64,000 nt of DNA from a virus: positions 64,001 through 128,000 of the IMG/VR virus record IMGVR_UViG_3300022554_000002, one strand, 5' to 3'. Below, in pieces: positions 55,780-64,000 of this stretch (position 1 is the first letter of the stretch; every line of letters starts with the position of its first letter). The notes under the pieces are model-generated. The model did not search any database. It had not been told where the DNA came from and saw only the letters and a list, made by a program, of their open reading frames with translations. The position numbers and the translations under genes are program-made.

Positions 55780-56877
55780 TTACTTCGATGCCAACTCTAA
55801 CGTCTTCATTCGCTTAAATTCTGAATAGCCTTTAAATAACTCACTGGAACTATGGTCAAAATAATCAAACATACGTCCTGCCAACATTTGAATTTCACGA
55901 CGAGTACGAATGTCTAACTGGTTTGCATAACTGGTAATAACATTCAATAAATCATAATAATTAGCACTCTCCTTATTTGTAATTGCCTCATCAAATTGAG
56001 TTGAACCATCAATACTATCGGACCATGAAAATTCATCTTCAAGGAACGATCGAATAAACTGCTTTTCTTCAGGAGAAATAACAGTTGTATTCATCGTTTG
56101 GAGAACATCATGGTATTTGGTTGAAAGTTGATTTGGTAATTCCACGAATCGTTGCTGCATAACCTCAAAAACCTTATCAGCACTCATTCGTGCACCAAAT
56201 CGAATACTGCCCAATGTCTTCATGTGGACAGCACCATTGGCACAAACAAGACGATAGGAATAAGGTGAAAGAGTTGGGAAATTACCAGAGGAATCATCAT
56301 GGATGCATGAAACACCAAATCCAAACACGTCATTCGGAAGTGGTGAATGTTCATCATTTGTAGTAAAGTCAACTACAAGACGTTCATTAGCTACACCGAT
56401 GCCTCTGAAAATCTTGTGGTTGGTCTGAAATGCATGATTTAAAAACTCTTGAGAACTTAAAGTATTCTCTTTTGTAGCAACACCTGTAACCTGTCCATTC
56501 TTGATAATAAAGTTCAACTGTTTAACTTTAGAGTCATTCAGCAATCGTGCCACAACATCCTTACGAATGTTTTCAAGTGGTAACGATGCTAAGTAATTTT
56601 CAGGACTCTTAGTAATTTTACAAATACGGCTGAACCCTGTACGATTCAAAGGAATTTCACCTTGACCAAAATCAATAGTTACTTTATTTTCCTTTGACTT
56701 ACCTAACTTAATGTCTGTAAACTGTGACCTATCAACAAGATGCGTCTGACGTTGCTGTGAAGCTAAGAATTCGGAACACTCTTCCAAAGTCTTAAACGTT
56801 GTATCTGCTTCATTAGTAATGAAGTCAACAGTATTTACAACAGCCTCTTCCTTCTTTTCTTCTACCTGATCTGACAT
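55780..56877 (-). CDS. DUF932-like protein
   Basis: HDDSSG..YRLVCANGA motif; start at MSDQVE after an AAGGAG RBS. Confidence 0.55.
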   Translation of the reverse strand: MSDQVEEKKEEAVVNTVDFITNEADTTFKTLEECSEFLASQQRQTHLVDRSQFTDIKLGKSKENKVTIDFGQGEIPLNRTGFSRICKITKSPENYLASLPLENIRKDVVARLLNDSKVKQLNFIIKNGQVTGVATKENTLSSQEFLNHAFQTNHKIFRGIGVANERLVVDFTTNDEHSPLPNDVFGFGVSCIHDDSSGNFPTLSPYSYRLVCANGAVHMKTLGSIRFGARMSADKVFEVMQQRFVELPNQLSTKYHDVLQTMNTTVISPEEKQFIRSFLEDEFSWSDSIDGSTQFDEAITNKESANYYDLLNVITSYANQLDIRTRREIQMLAGRMFDYFDHSSSELFKGYSEFKRMKTLELASK

Positions 56878-56912
56878 TTGACTCTCCTTTGGTCTATACT
56901 TACCCATAGTAT

Positions 56913-56940
56913 ATTGTAATGATTCAACTCAGTTTGTCAA
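56913..56940 (-). promoter_or_regulatory. sigma70-type promoter TTGACA-N16-TACAAT
   Basis: minus strand cTTGACA aactgagttgaatcat TACAAT. Confidence 0.7.
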
Positions 56941-56949
56941 GTGAAAAAA

Positions 56950-58158
56950 TCAAAAAACATTATATCTCGTTGATCTAAAACGATTTCCACGTTTTGCCAC
57001 AAGTGGTTCAAAACTTAAAGTAATGTTAGATACAGCAGTTGGCAATGAAGCGGTAATAGTAGCAGAAGTACAAGGCAAAGAACCTAATTGTGTCCAATTA
57101 GTATTATATGTTTCTAATGCCTTTAATCGCTTCCAAGCAGTTCTAACTGAAACTCCTTGATATTTAGCCACAACACGAGCAGACAAAGGAAAATCTGTCA
57201 GGTTGTGTTGCTTTGCATACTTTCTCATGTCATTTAACAATTCTACAACAGTCTTGCCTTTGGGATATACTTTCCAAAACGTGTCCCAAAAACCAAATCG
57301 ACTATGATAATAATTATACATTGCTTCAAAACTTAACAGATGCTTGTCCAAAGAATCTTTCACCACACCACGTGCATAAATCTCTTTGGCATGATCCAAA
57401 ATTCGTTCTTTGGAATAACCAAACCGAACACAATCTTCTACAAGGTGCATTAATGCACAATTGCGTTTCAAATATAAACCATCGGGTATGTACTTGTCAA
57501 TCTTAAAATCACTCTCATTTTCACAAAAATGTTCATTTTTAATTTCATCACCAACTTTAAATAAATGAGACAGACACTTAATATTCTTACAAAGTTCACC
57601 TTTATGCAAAATTCTACCTGCTGGCTTAAAATGATTGCCCACAAACCAAGGTCGTATCTGCCTACGATTCTTAGGACCAAACTCAATGCTTCGTGGTAAT
57701 TCCAATACTCTCAAAATACCTTTCTGAATGACTGTTAGAAAATCATTACTCTGTGCTTCTGCAAAACGAATTCTCAAATGATAATTGCCAACAGTTGAAG
57801 ACTGGACAAATTCTGGGTAAACGTTATTAAGAGTAAGGTACTGATAAATCATCTTTGTAATATGCAGTGCTTCTTTTTGTTTATCAACATCATCACAATG
57901 TGAATCAAGATCGAACCACGCCATGTGCGTAGTTCCACAACTAGCGGGAGAAGCGGCAAAAACTTCACACCGACTCATGTAATTACTAAGTGCAGACTGA
58001 ATACTATACTTAAACTTCTTAAAAGTATACCAATTACCTTCTCTGCTCAAAATAGATAGATTGCTCCAAGAAGAGTATTCATCCTTGAAAACATTTAAAC
58101 AATAATCTTGATAATCCAAATCAGTAAAGAATGGATTCTTACTTTGCTCTTCAAGCAT
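56950..58158 (-). CDS. archaeo-eukaryotic primase (primpol)-like protein with C-terminal HTH
   Basis: AWFDLDSH (DxD), SSTVGNYHLRI (S..G.H); LSARVVAKYQGVSVRTAW HTH; start probably MLEEQ. Confidence 0.7.
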   Translation of the reverse strand: MLEEQSKNPFFTDLDYQDYCLNVFKDEYSSWSNLSILSREGNWYTFKKFKYSIQSALSNYMSRCEVFAASPASCGTTHMAWFDLDSHCDDVDKQKEALHITKMIYQYLTLNNVYPEFVQSSTVGNYHLRIRFAEAQSNDFLTVIQKGILRVLELPRSIEFGPKNRRQIRPWFVGNHFKPAGRILHKGELCKNIKCLSHLFKVGDEIKNEHFCENESDFKIDKYIPDGLYLKRNCALMHLVEDCVRFGYSKERILDHAKEIYARGVVKDSLDKHLLSFEAMYNYYHSRFGFWDTFWKVYPKGKTVVELLNDMRKYAKQHNLTDFPLSARVVAKYQGVSVRTAWKRLKALETYNTNWTQLGSLPCTSATITASLPTAVSNITLSFEPLVAKRGNRFRSTRYNVF

Positions 58159-58165
58159 AATAAAT

Positions 58166-58357
58166 TTAAATATCCTCTCCCATACTCTCTTCCCAATAAT
58201 AATCACGAGACTCTTCAATTTTTTGAATCTCTTTAATAATTGCTTCTTGCTGTTCTAAACTTAATCGAATATCACCACCACGGCTTTTTCCATCAAGGCG
58301 TAGCTGTTCAAAAAGAGTCCTAAGTCGAAACGAAAAGTCTGTAGTTTCATAACTCAT
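58166..58357 (-). CDS. hypothetical protein
   Basis: 63 aa, AAGGAG RBS. Confidence 0.6.
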   Translation of the reverse strand: MSYETTDFSFRLRTLFEQLRLDGKSRGGDIRLSLEQQEAIIKEIQKIEESRDYYWEESMGEDI

Positions 58358-58428
58358 TCTTGTTCTCCTTTTTCAAAATAATCACAAGTTCCATTTGGAG
58401 CTACATCACGTTCTTTTGCCCATTCATT

Positions 58429-58611
58429 TTAAAATCCCAATCTGATTCTTCGCTTAATTTCGTCCTTGACCGTAGCTAACTCACTCTCAAATAACTTACC
58501 AGATAACACTTTAACTGTATCCGTAGCTGAATCATAACTGACAAATGCTTCAATTGATCCCTTAGTCACCTTATATCCCATAGGCGAAATTCGTGTCAAC
58601 GTAAAATTCAT
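58429..58611 (-). CDS. hypothetical protein
   Basis: 60 aa, directly after a promoter, AGGAG RBS. Confidence 0.6.
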   Translation of the reverse strand: MNFTLTRISPMGYKVTKGSIEAFVSYDSATDTVKVLSGKLFESELATVKDEIKRRIRLGF

Positions 58612-58629
58612 TACAAATCTCCTTCTGTC

Positions 58630-58657
58630 ATTGTACTGTTGAAAGTCAGTTTGTCAA
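58630..58657 (-). promoter_or_regulatory. sigma70-type promoter TTGACA-N16-TACAAT
   Basis: minus strand cTTGACA aactgactttcaacag TACAAT. Confidence 0.7.
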
Positions 58658-58697
58658 GAAATTTCTGTGTTCAATTTTCCCATACCATATGTAGTGT

Positions 58698-58829
58698 CAC
58701 ATGCACCATGTGAGGTAAACGTTCAATTAGATATTAGACTGTCTAGACCTATACATTTGTTACCTGTTACCTGTTAATTCTGTAACAAAAGGATTTATAT
58801 ATTAACTTTACCCCTTAGAACGTTTACCT
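58698..58829. repeat. nested inverted and short direct repeats in the longest intergenic gap
   Basis: 12-bp IR 58713-58724/58818-58829; 8-bp IR 58756-58763/58782-58789; hairpin 58698-58712; tgttacc x2. Confidence 0.7.
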
Positions 58830-58855
58830 GTGTTGCAAAATAAAACATAATAATA

Positions 58856-59809
58856 TTATTGAACATTAAAAACAATCTTCCAAATTTCTTTTTCACGAAT
58901 AAATTGCTCAAATCCGTATGTTTGGCAAAGTTGCATAAAATAATCTTCATAATATTGCACTTTGTGTGCATCTATTGCCTTAGAAATTTCAACTTGTTCA
59001 TGGTTAGTGAATTCTTCACGTGACAAATCAACTAGCTCTAAATTACGGCTGAAGATACCCCAATTTTTATAAATCCCCGCAATTCGCGTTTCCTTGTGTT
59101 TTAAGACCTCTTTTTCATATTGGGCCTTAACCCATACGAAAAACTCATTAAAGTCGCGTGGTTGCGATTCTTTTAATACTCGTTCGGCTGTTTTGGGACC
59201 AATCAAGGGGATACCGGGAATGTTATCAGATTTATCTCCCTTTAAAGCCTTGTAAATTAGATATTGATTAGGTTTTACAAAAAATTGATCTTCAAAATTT
59301 CTGGCATTTACAGTTTGTTTGGCAATTGGACGGTAGACTGTAACAGTTGGAAAATGTGCTATTAATTGCAATAAATCTTTGTCCTCAGATATTACAAAGA
59401 TATTATTGTCTTGTCTGTAGAGGCTACAAATTAGAAAAACCATATCATCACCTTCACGATCAATATTTGTTATGGAACAAATACCGAGTGCAGGTAATAA
59501 CTGTTCTCGTAGAATTTTCTGTTGAACATTGAAACGAACCATGTATTCAGCAAAATCTTCATCGTGAAGTTTGTTACGATTTTGCTTGTATTCAGGAAAT
59601 ACAGATAAACGTCTTTGACTACGTTTACCATCCCAAACAACGATGACTTTAACTTGTTGTTGGGGAACACTTTGAACTATGTTTTTTAGGGCATTTAACG
59701 TGCCAAACATGCCACCAGTAGGCACATTATTATAGTGCATCAGGCCAAACTCAGGAACGTTCATCATTCTATGTAGAAGATTATTACCATCTACTACAAT
59801 AAGTGTCAT
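58856..59809 (-). CDS. 5'-3' exonuclease/flap endonuclease (T4 RNase H, PolI N-terminal type)
   Basis: VVDGNN, VWDG, YKQNR, EGDD, SEDKDLLQL, GDKSDNIPGIPLIGPKTA. Confidence 0.93.
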   Translation of the reverse strand: MTLIVVDGNNLLHRMMNVPEFGLMHYNNVPTGGMFGTLNALKNIVQSVPQQQVKVIVVWDGKRSQRRLSVFPEYKQNRNKLHDEDFAEYMVRFNVQQKILREQLLPALGICSITNIDREGDDMVFLICSLYRQDNNIFVISEDKDLLQLIAHFPTVTVYRPIAKQTVNARNFEDQFFVKPNQYLIYKALKGDKSDNIPGIPLIGPKTAERVLKESQPRDFNEFFVWVKAQYEKEVLKHKETRIAGIYKNWGIFSRNLELVDLSREEFTNHEQVEISKAIDAHKVQYYEDYFMQLCQTYGFEQFIREKEIWKIVFNVQ

Positions 59810-59814
59810 TATAA

Positions 59815-60540
59815 TTATTCTTTAACTTTTGAGCCCTTAAACCACGATCCACAATTTTGACATTGAAAACGATAAAAATGGTTTGCTATAGTTATGTAAT
59901 TGCCCCTACGGTGTACATTTTCAGAGCCACAATTAGCACAAATTGGTTTTGGTCCATTAATAATGGTTTTCATTGTTGGATGATTTTTAATAAAAGGCAA
60001 CATTTTCTTATATGCTTGGCGTAAAACTGCAATATCTTGATAACAATGTTTTTCAATGTAACGTAAACTTGGAATATGTCCAGCAGCAGCACGAACCCAA
60101 ACATCAAAATCTAAGCGTGTTTTACTATCATTTAGGTGTGTAAATTCTTGGAAAGTTTGAAGACGATTACTTGTTAAAGCAAAATTTGCTCTACAATGTT
60201 CCCACAAATCTATGTGAGATATGGTTGTTGGCATAGGAGGCAATCCATAGGCTAAACATCTGGTATTTAAGAATTTATAATCGTAACGCCTAGAATACCA
60301 ACCCACAATTATATCTACATTACATACAATTTCATAAAAACGCTCAATTAATTGTTTATCATTTGTTGGATCAGTTTTAAATTTCTTCATATTATCAGTT
60401 AAAGATAAAGTTTGTATTTTTCCATCGTTAATTGCATAACTGATACATAATACCCTCCCCACATTTGCGCGGAGATTTGATGTCTCAATATCAAAAAATA
60501 ATATTGATGGTTTTTTAACAACTAATTCAGCATTTTTCAT
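59815..60540 (-). CDS. DnaQ/RNase H-like 3'-5' exonuclease with C-terminal Zn ribbon
   Basis: FFDIET, GWYSRRYD, HIDL, HCYQDI; CANCGS...CQNCG. Confidence 0.85.
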   Translation of the reverse strand: MKNAELVVKKPSILFFDIETSNLRANVGRVLCISYAINDGKIQTLSLTDNMKKFKTDPTNDKQLIERFYEIVCNVDIIVGWYSRRYDYKFLNTRCLAYGLPPMPTTISHIDLWEHCRANFALTSNRLQTFQEFTHLNDSKTRLDFDVWVRAAAGHIPSLRYIEKHCYQDIAVLRQAYKKMLPFIKNHPTMKTIINGPKPICANCGSENVHRRGNYITIANHFYRFQCQNCGSWFKGSKVKE

Positions 60541-60543
60541 TTT

Positions 60544-61498
60544 TTATCCTTTTTCTTTATCTTCTTGAAGGGTCTTGTGTGGACAATAACCATGAAGACC
60601 TTTAGCACTATTACAATTATAACAAAGAACACGTACCTCATTTTTCGGAGCACCACGAGATAATAAATCTTTATAAACTTGATACGAACCTAATTTTCTA
60701 TAAATTTTTGTTCCACCACCATTAATATGATCAATACATAAAAATTCTTTTTTTGTTTCACCACAGCAAGTACACTTATTACCTAATAATTCAATCAATT
60801 TAAATCTTATTTTGGAATTATTGCTATTAAAATTTCTATTTTTTGTACAATTACAATTCCAACATAATAGTTGATACTTTGAAGGAAAACCTTGTTCTTT
60901 TACTACTGAATATAAATTTTTAGTCATTTGTTTTCGATGCTTTGCACCATCATTTAATATGTGATCTATTGTTAAGTGCTCATAGTAAGTGTTTCCACAA
61001 AAAACACATTTATGTCCATAATGATTTAGAACTTCTTTTTTAAGATTATAGTGGTGTAATCTTGATTTTTGTATGTATTTTGCTTTATTTCTTTGATATT
61101 CTTTTCTTTTTATTACTTTAATTTTTTCTTTATTGGCTTCACGATATTTTTTATTCATTAAAGCTTTTTTATCTTTGTTGTTATCACGATAAATTTTATT
61201 TTTTTTTATTTATTTGTTCTTTGTGTTTATTATTATATTCTTTTTGTTTTTCTAGTATTTCTTCTTTTTGATCTTTATATCTTTGATGATTATAGCTAAT
61301 TATCTGTTCTTTGTTATTATTATAATAATTTCTTCTTTTTTTCTTTTGACAAATTTTACATGTACCAATATTTCTATTTAATTTTCCACCATGTTTACAA
61401 GGCCAATGATACATTTCATCACAAGATTTTATTTCACCACAAACACGGCAAACTTGTGTTTTTTCTACTTTTTGGGCTATATTAATTTCACCGTCCAA
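60544..61498 (-). pseudogene. HNH-type endonuclease split by one extra A in an A9 run (ORFs 61196..61498 and 60544..61158)
   Basis: Removing one A from 61199-61207 fuses both ORFs into 317 aa; two C..CG..L.IDHI..G..LC.NCN domains. Confidence 0.75.
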
Positions 61499-61537
61499 AT
61501 TCTTATCTCCTATGAGTCCTTCTACTATGATATAATC

Positions 61538-61930
61538 TCAATATAGTTGATGAAACCCATCAGGCATTGAATAATAAATGGCACGAAAACCAAAAAGGCG
61601 CAGGTATCCTTGGCAAACAGAGCATGGTTTTGAATTTTGTAACATTTTAGAGTGGTCTAATCGCACGTTAACAACCGTATATCGACGCATCATGTTTAAA
61701 TCAGCCAAATTTGCCACGGCATCAGCTTCAGAATGTGCACCACCATAAGGATATGTGTAATATCTACCACCAATTTTTACAGCTTCTTTGTAAACATTAT
61801 TAAACCCAATTGATACGATTTTGGTGCCTTTTATAATAAAAGTAAAATGTTTGAAACGACCCTCTGGCTTATGAAATAGCGCACGAGAAATATCTACAAA
61901 GCGTAGAAATTTTTTATACTGGTATATCAT
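61538..61930 (-). CDS. cytidine/dCMP deaminase-like protein
   Basis: SIGFN, AHSEADA (HxE), SKPCSVC (PCxxC), IYYS. Confidence 0.8.
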   Translation of the reverse strand: MIYQYKKFLRFVDISRALFHKPEGRFKHFTFIIKGTKIVSIGFNNVYKEAVKIGGRYYTYPYGGAHSEADAVANLADLNMMRRYTVVNVRLDHSKMLQNSKPCSVCQGYLRLFGFRAIYYSMPDGFHQLY

Positions 61931-61953
61931 CTATACACTTTCTCCCTATGGGT

Positions 61954-61981
61954 ATTATAAAGCCTCAAAGGGTTATGTCAA
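61954..61981 (-). promoter_or_regulatory. sigma70-type promoter TTGACA-N16-TATAAT
   Basis: minus strand cTTGACA taaccctttgaggctt TATAAT. Confidence 0.8.
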
Positions 61982-61984
61982 GGA

Positions 61985-64000
61985 TTATTTTATTTCTATT
62001 TCCGAAGAAGCATAAAATATTCCCGCACCGTCAGTTACACAAAGTTTAAATTTTCCAGCAGTTCCAAGTGTGACCAGTTTTTTCTTTTTCTTGTTAACTT
62101 TGCCATCTTCTACATAAGGTAACAATAGAGCAATGGTTTCAGTTTTATTCGTGTTTACAACATACCAGTAATAAGGATAAGAACCAACACCATTGAACTC
62201 TACAACGATTTGTTTATTTTTACTAAGACTCTTTGGTATATAAGGTGCTCCGCCATATGCTATGTTCCAAAAGCTGACTTCCATTGAAACTTCTGATAGA
62301 TCATTGTCACCTGTTTTTGTGCTTTCAATTTTTTTAATCGTCATTATGCCATATTGTGGATCAAATGGCTCTTCCAGATTAATTAACTCATCTGGTTCTT
62401 GTTTTCGGAAAAAGCGTAAATGATAGTTGCTCTTTGGTGCAGGTAAAAATCCTAATTTCCAATCTGATACTTTTTGAAATACGCCATCAGTATCTTGTTG
62501 ATATTTTATAGGTAATGTTCTAGGCCAAATTTTAATTAGTGGAGATTGATCAACACGTAAAACTGCCTCACCTGTTTTCGGATTTTTTGTTATTTCAAGA
62601 TCATCTTTTATTTTCAATCTGTACAAACCAAATCGTGCATTTGTTGAAAATCGTAATAGTCTTGAATCGGGGAATGTTATTTCTTTACTTGGGTCTTCTT
62701 CGTTAACTAAATCAATAAAACCACTAAAATTTGAGGATTCTGTTAATACCATGAAGCGTTCTTTGTTGCTTAATTGTAATCCTCTGTCTATTCCTTTGAA
62801 ATGAAAATCAAGAGTTCGTGAAGAACCAATTGTGGATACTATGTCTTCATCCAAAATTGGATCACTTGGTATGTAATAGATCATCATATGATCATCAGTA
62901 TATAAACTTACTGAACCACCATAGTAAGGATAACCACCACCAGAACTTCCAATATCTGTGGTGAATTGTTTAAATGCTGCCGCTTGTACAGGACTATGAT
63001 AACAAGGACCAATTAATGTAAATTGTGTTGGAATTGGATGAATTAAACTTTTTGGTGGTTCCAAACTAAAGTCCCAACCAGTAGCTATCAGTTTTTTACT
63101 TGATATTTCATTGTTTTCTTCATCAGTAATGTCTGCTTTTTCTTGTTCTATAGCAAAGAGTTTTGTGGCACTATGTATTGAACTATTTAATCTTGGGTAG
63201 GCTTTTGTCTCGCTGGTTTGTGGATCAGCATACAAATCATACTCTGATGGTACATATGGATTATCTGAAGGAATTCTACTAGCATGGCAGGGTTGTTGTT
63301 TAAACGTATAAAAATCATTATTATTAAGTAATATTCCATGAGAGAATAGTCTATCAATTTTTTTAAATTCAGTACTATTTAATCCGGCCTTAACTGATTC
63401 ATTAAATCCATATTGTCTAGATGCCATTTCACCAACATTCGTGCAGGAACTCACAAAAGATTTTCTTGCTATTCCTAAACGGTCAAAGGAAACCTTTGAA
63501 ATAATGTTTGGTTGATTATATGTACTTGTTAATTCAGTTAGTGTGTTGGTATAATAGTACAATGGTTTAATGTAGTCAAAATCTTTTTTGATAGATTTTG
63601 TTTCAAATGTTTTTGTATCAGGATCATATTTCCATGTATAGCCGGGATATTCCCAATCTCCACGATCATAGATAGTTCCCGGTGCAATTGTTTTTCTAAT
63701 TGTGATATCTTCTTTAATTCTGCTATAAATTTTCACATTCTCTGAATAAATTCTATAATTATTAGTATACTTACCATCTTTAACTTCTGTATATGAATCT
63801 AAATAATATAAAAATCTAAAGTAGTCTTTTGTGTTTTCATATTTTGATACCGTTGTTTTTGCTCCATAACCATTGTAAAGGGTAATGACACTAGATTCTG
63901 TTAATGTATCAAAATTAACACCCGTATATCGCTGAACTTTAAATCTGGCAACTACTTCATTGTTTCCTGAATACAATCCACATCTTGGTGCAGTTATTAT
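61985..64000 (-). CDS. large hypothetical protein, 5'-truncated by the window edge
   Basis: Frame stays open from the listed TTG (63976) to 64000; Y/T/S-rich beta composition, possibly virion-associated. Confidence 0.65.
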   Translation of the reverse strand: MITAPRCGLYSGNNEVVARFKVQRYTGVNFDTLTESSVITLYNGYGAKTTVSKYENTKDYFRFLYYLDSYTEVKDGKYTNNYRIYSENVKIYSRIKEDITIRKTIAPGTIYDRGDWEYPGYTWKYDPDTKTFETKSIKKDFDYIKPLYYYTNTLTELTSTYNQPNIISKVSFDRLGIARKSFVSSCTNVGEMASRQYGFNESVKAGLNSTEFKKIDRLFSHGILLNNNDFYTFKQQPCHASRIPSDNPYVPSEYDLYADPQTSETKAYPRLNSSIHSATKLFAIEQEKADITDEENNEISSKKLIATGWDFSLEPPKSLIHPIPTQFTLIGPCYHSPVQAAAFKQFTTDIGSSGGGYPYYGGSVSLYTDDHMMIYYIPSDPILDEDIVSTIGSSRTLDFHFKGIDRGLQLSNKERFMVLTESSNFSGFIDLVNEEDPSKEITFPDSRLLRFSTNARFGLYRLKIKDDLEITKNPKTGEAVLRVDQSPLIKIWPRTLPIKYQQDTDGVFQKVSDWKLGFLPAPKSNYHLRFFRKQEPDELINLEEPFDPQYGIMTIKKIESTKTGDNDLSEVSMEVSFWNIAYGGAPYIPKSLSKNKQIVVEFNGVGSYPYYWYVVNTNKTETIALLLPYVEDGKVNKKKKKLVTLGTAGKFKLCVTDGAGIFYASSEIEIK

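Noticed and set aside
1-64000. Plus-strand ORFs in the ORF track (e.g. 34299..34715, 35825..36232, 43777..44127, 53679..53984)
   Set aside because: All are antisense shadows of longer minus-strand genes with recognisable motifs; none has independent support
1-64000. Stop-codon reassignment or alternative genetic code
   Set aside because: Long genes are intact under code 11 and TAA is the dominant true stop; the two in-frame TAA cases (4728, 58429) are local
1-64000. CRISPR array, tRNA or rRNA genes
   Set aside because: No regularly spaced repeat-spacer units or cloverleafs were seen; the few intergenic gaps are short and otherwise explained

Overview
A 64-kb fragment of a large tailed dsDNA bacteriophage (Caudoviricetes). 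It uses the standard genetic code, is densely coding, and essentially all credible genes lie on the minus strand. In transcription order (64 kb down to 1) the window holds: (1) a 5'-truncated large ORF; (2) a nucleotide/replication block (deaminase-like, frameshifted HNH, DnaQ/RNase H-like exonuclease, flap endonuclease, AEP primase-like, DUF932-like, degenerate NYN, WYL-like, GT4); (3) a long head module (sigma-70-family factor with an N-terminal extension, gp36-like adaptor, portal, DUF5662/DUF5661-like, prohead protease-scaffold with a 389-aa LAGLIDADG intein, cement protein, major capsid); (4) neck and tail genes (free-standing LAGLIDADG endonuclease, two tail-tube paralogues, chaperone pair with a -1 frameshift site, tape measure); (5) a holin/spanin-like cassette and tail-tip/fibre genes; (6) an early block (secreted protein, NDT-like, SNF2, DnaB-like); (7) an SF2 helicase followed by an array of helicase-associated (HA) and HA-like repeats, a methyltransferase-like ORF, small ORFs and a vWA protein. 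The most promising candidates for something new are the head-embedded sigma factor together with two promoter-like motif classes (CTTGACA-N16/17-TAYAAT and GATTATA), and the helicase/HA-like repeat cassette. No terminase, tail sheath, endolysin, DNA polymerase, tRNA or CRISPR array was recognised. All family calls come from motif recognition by eye; no database searches were run.
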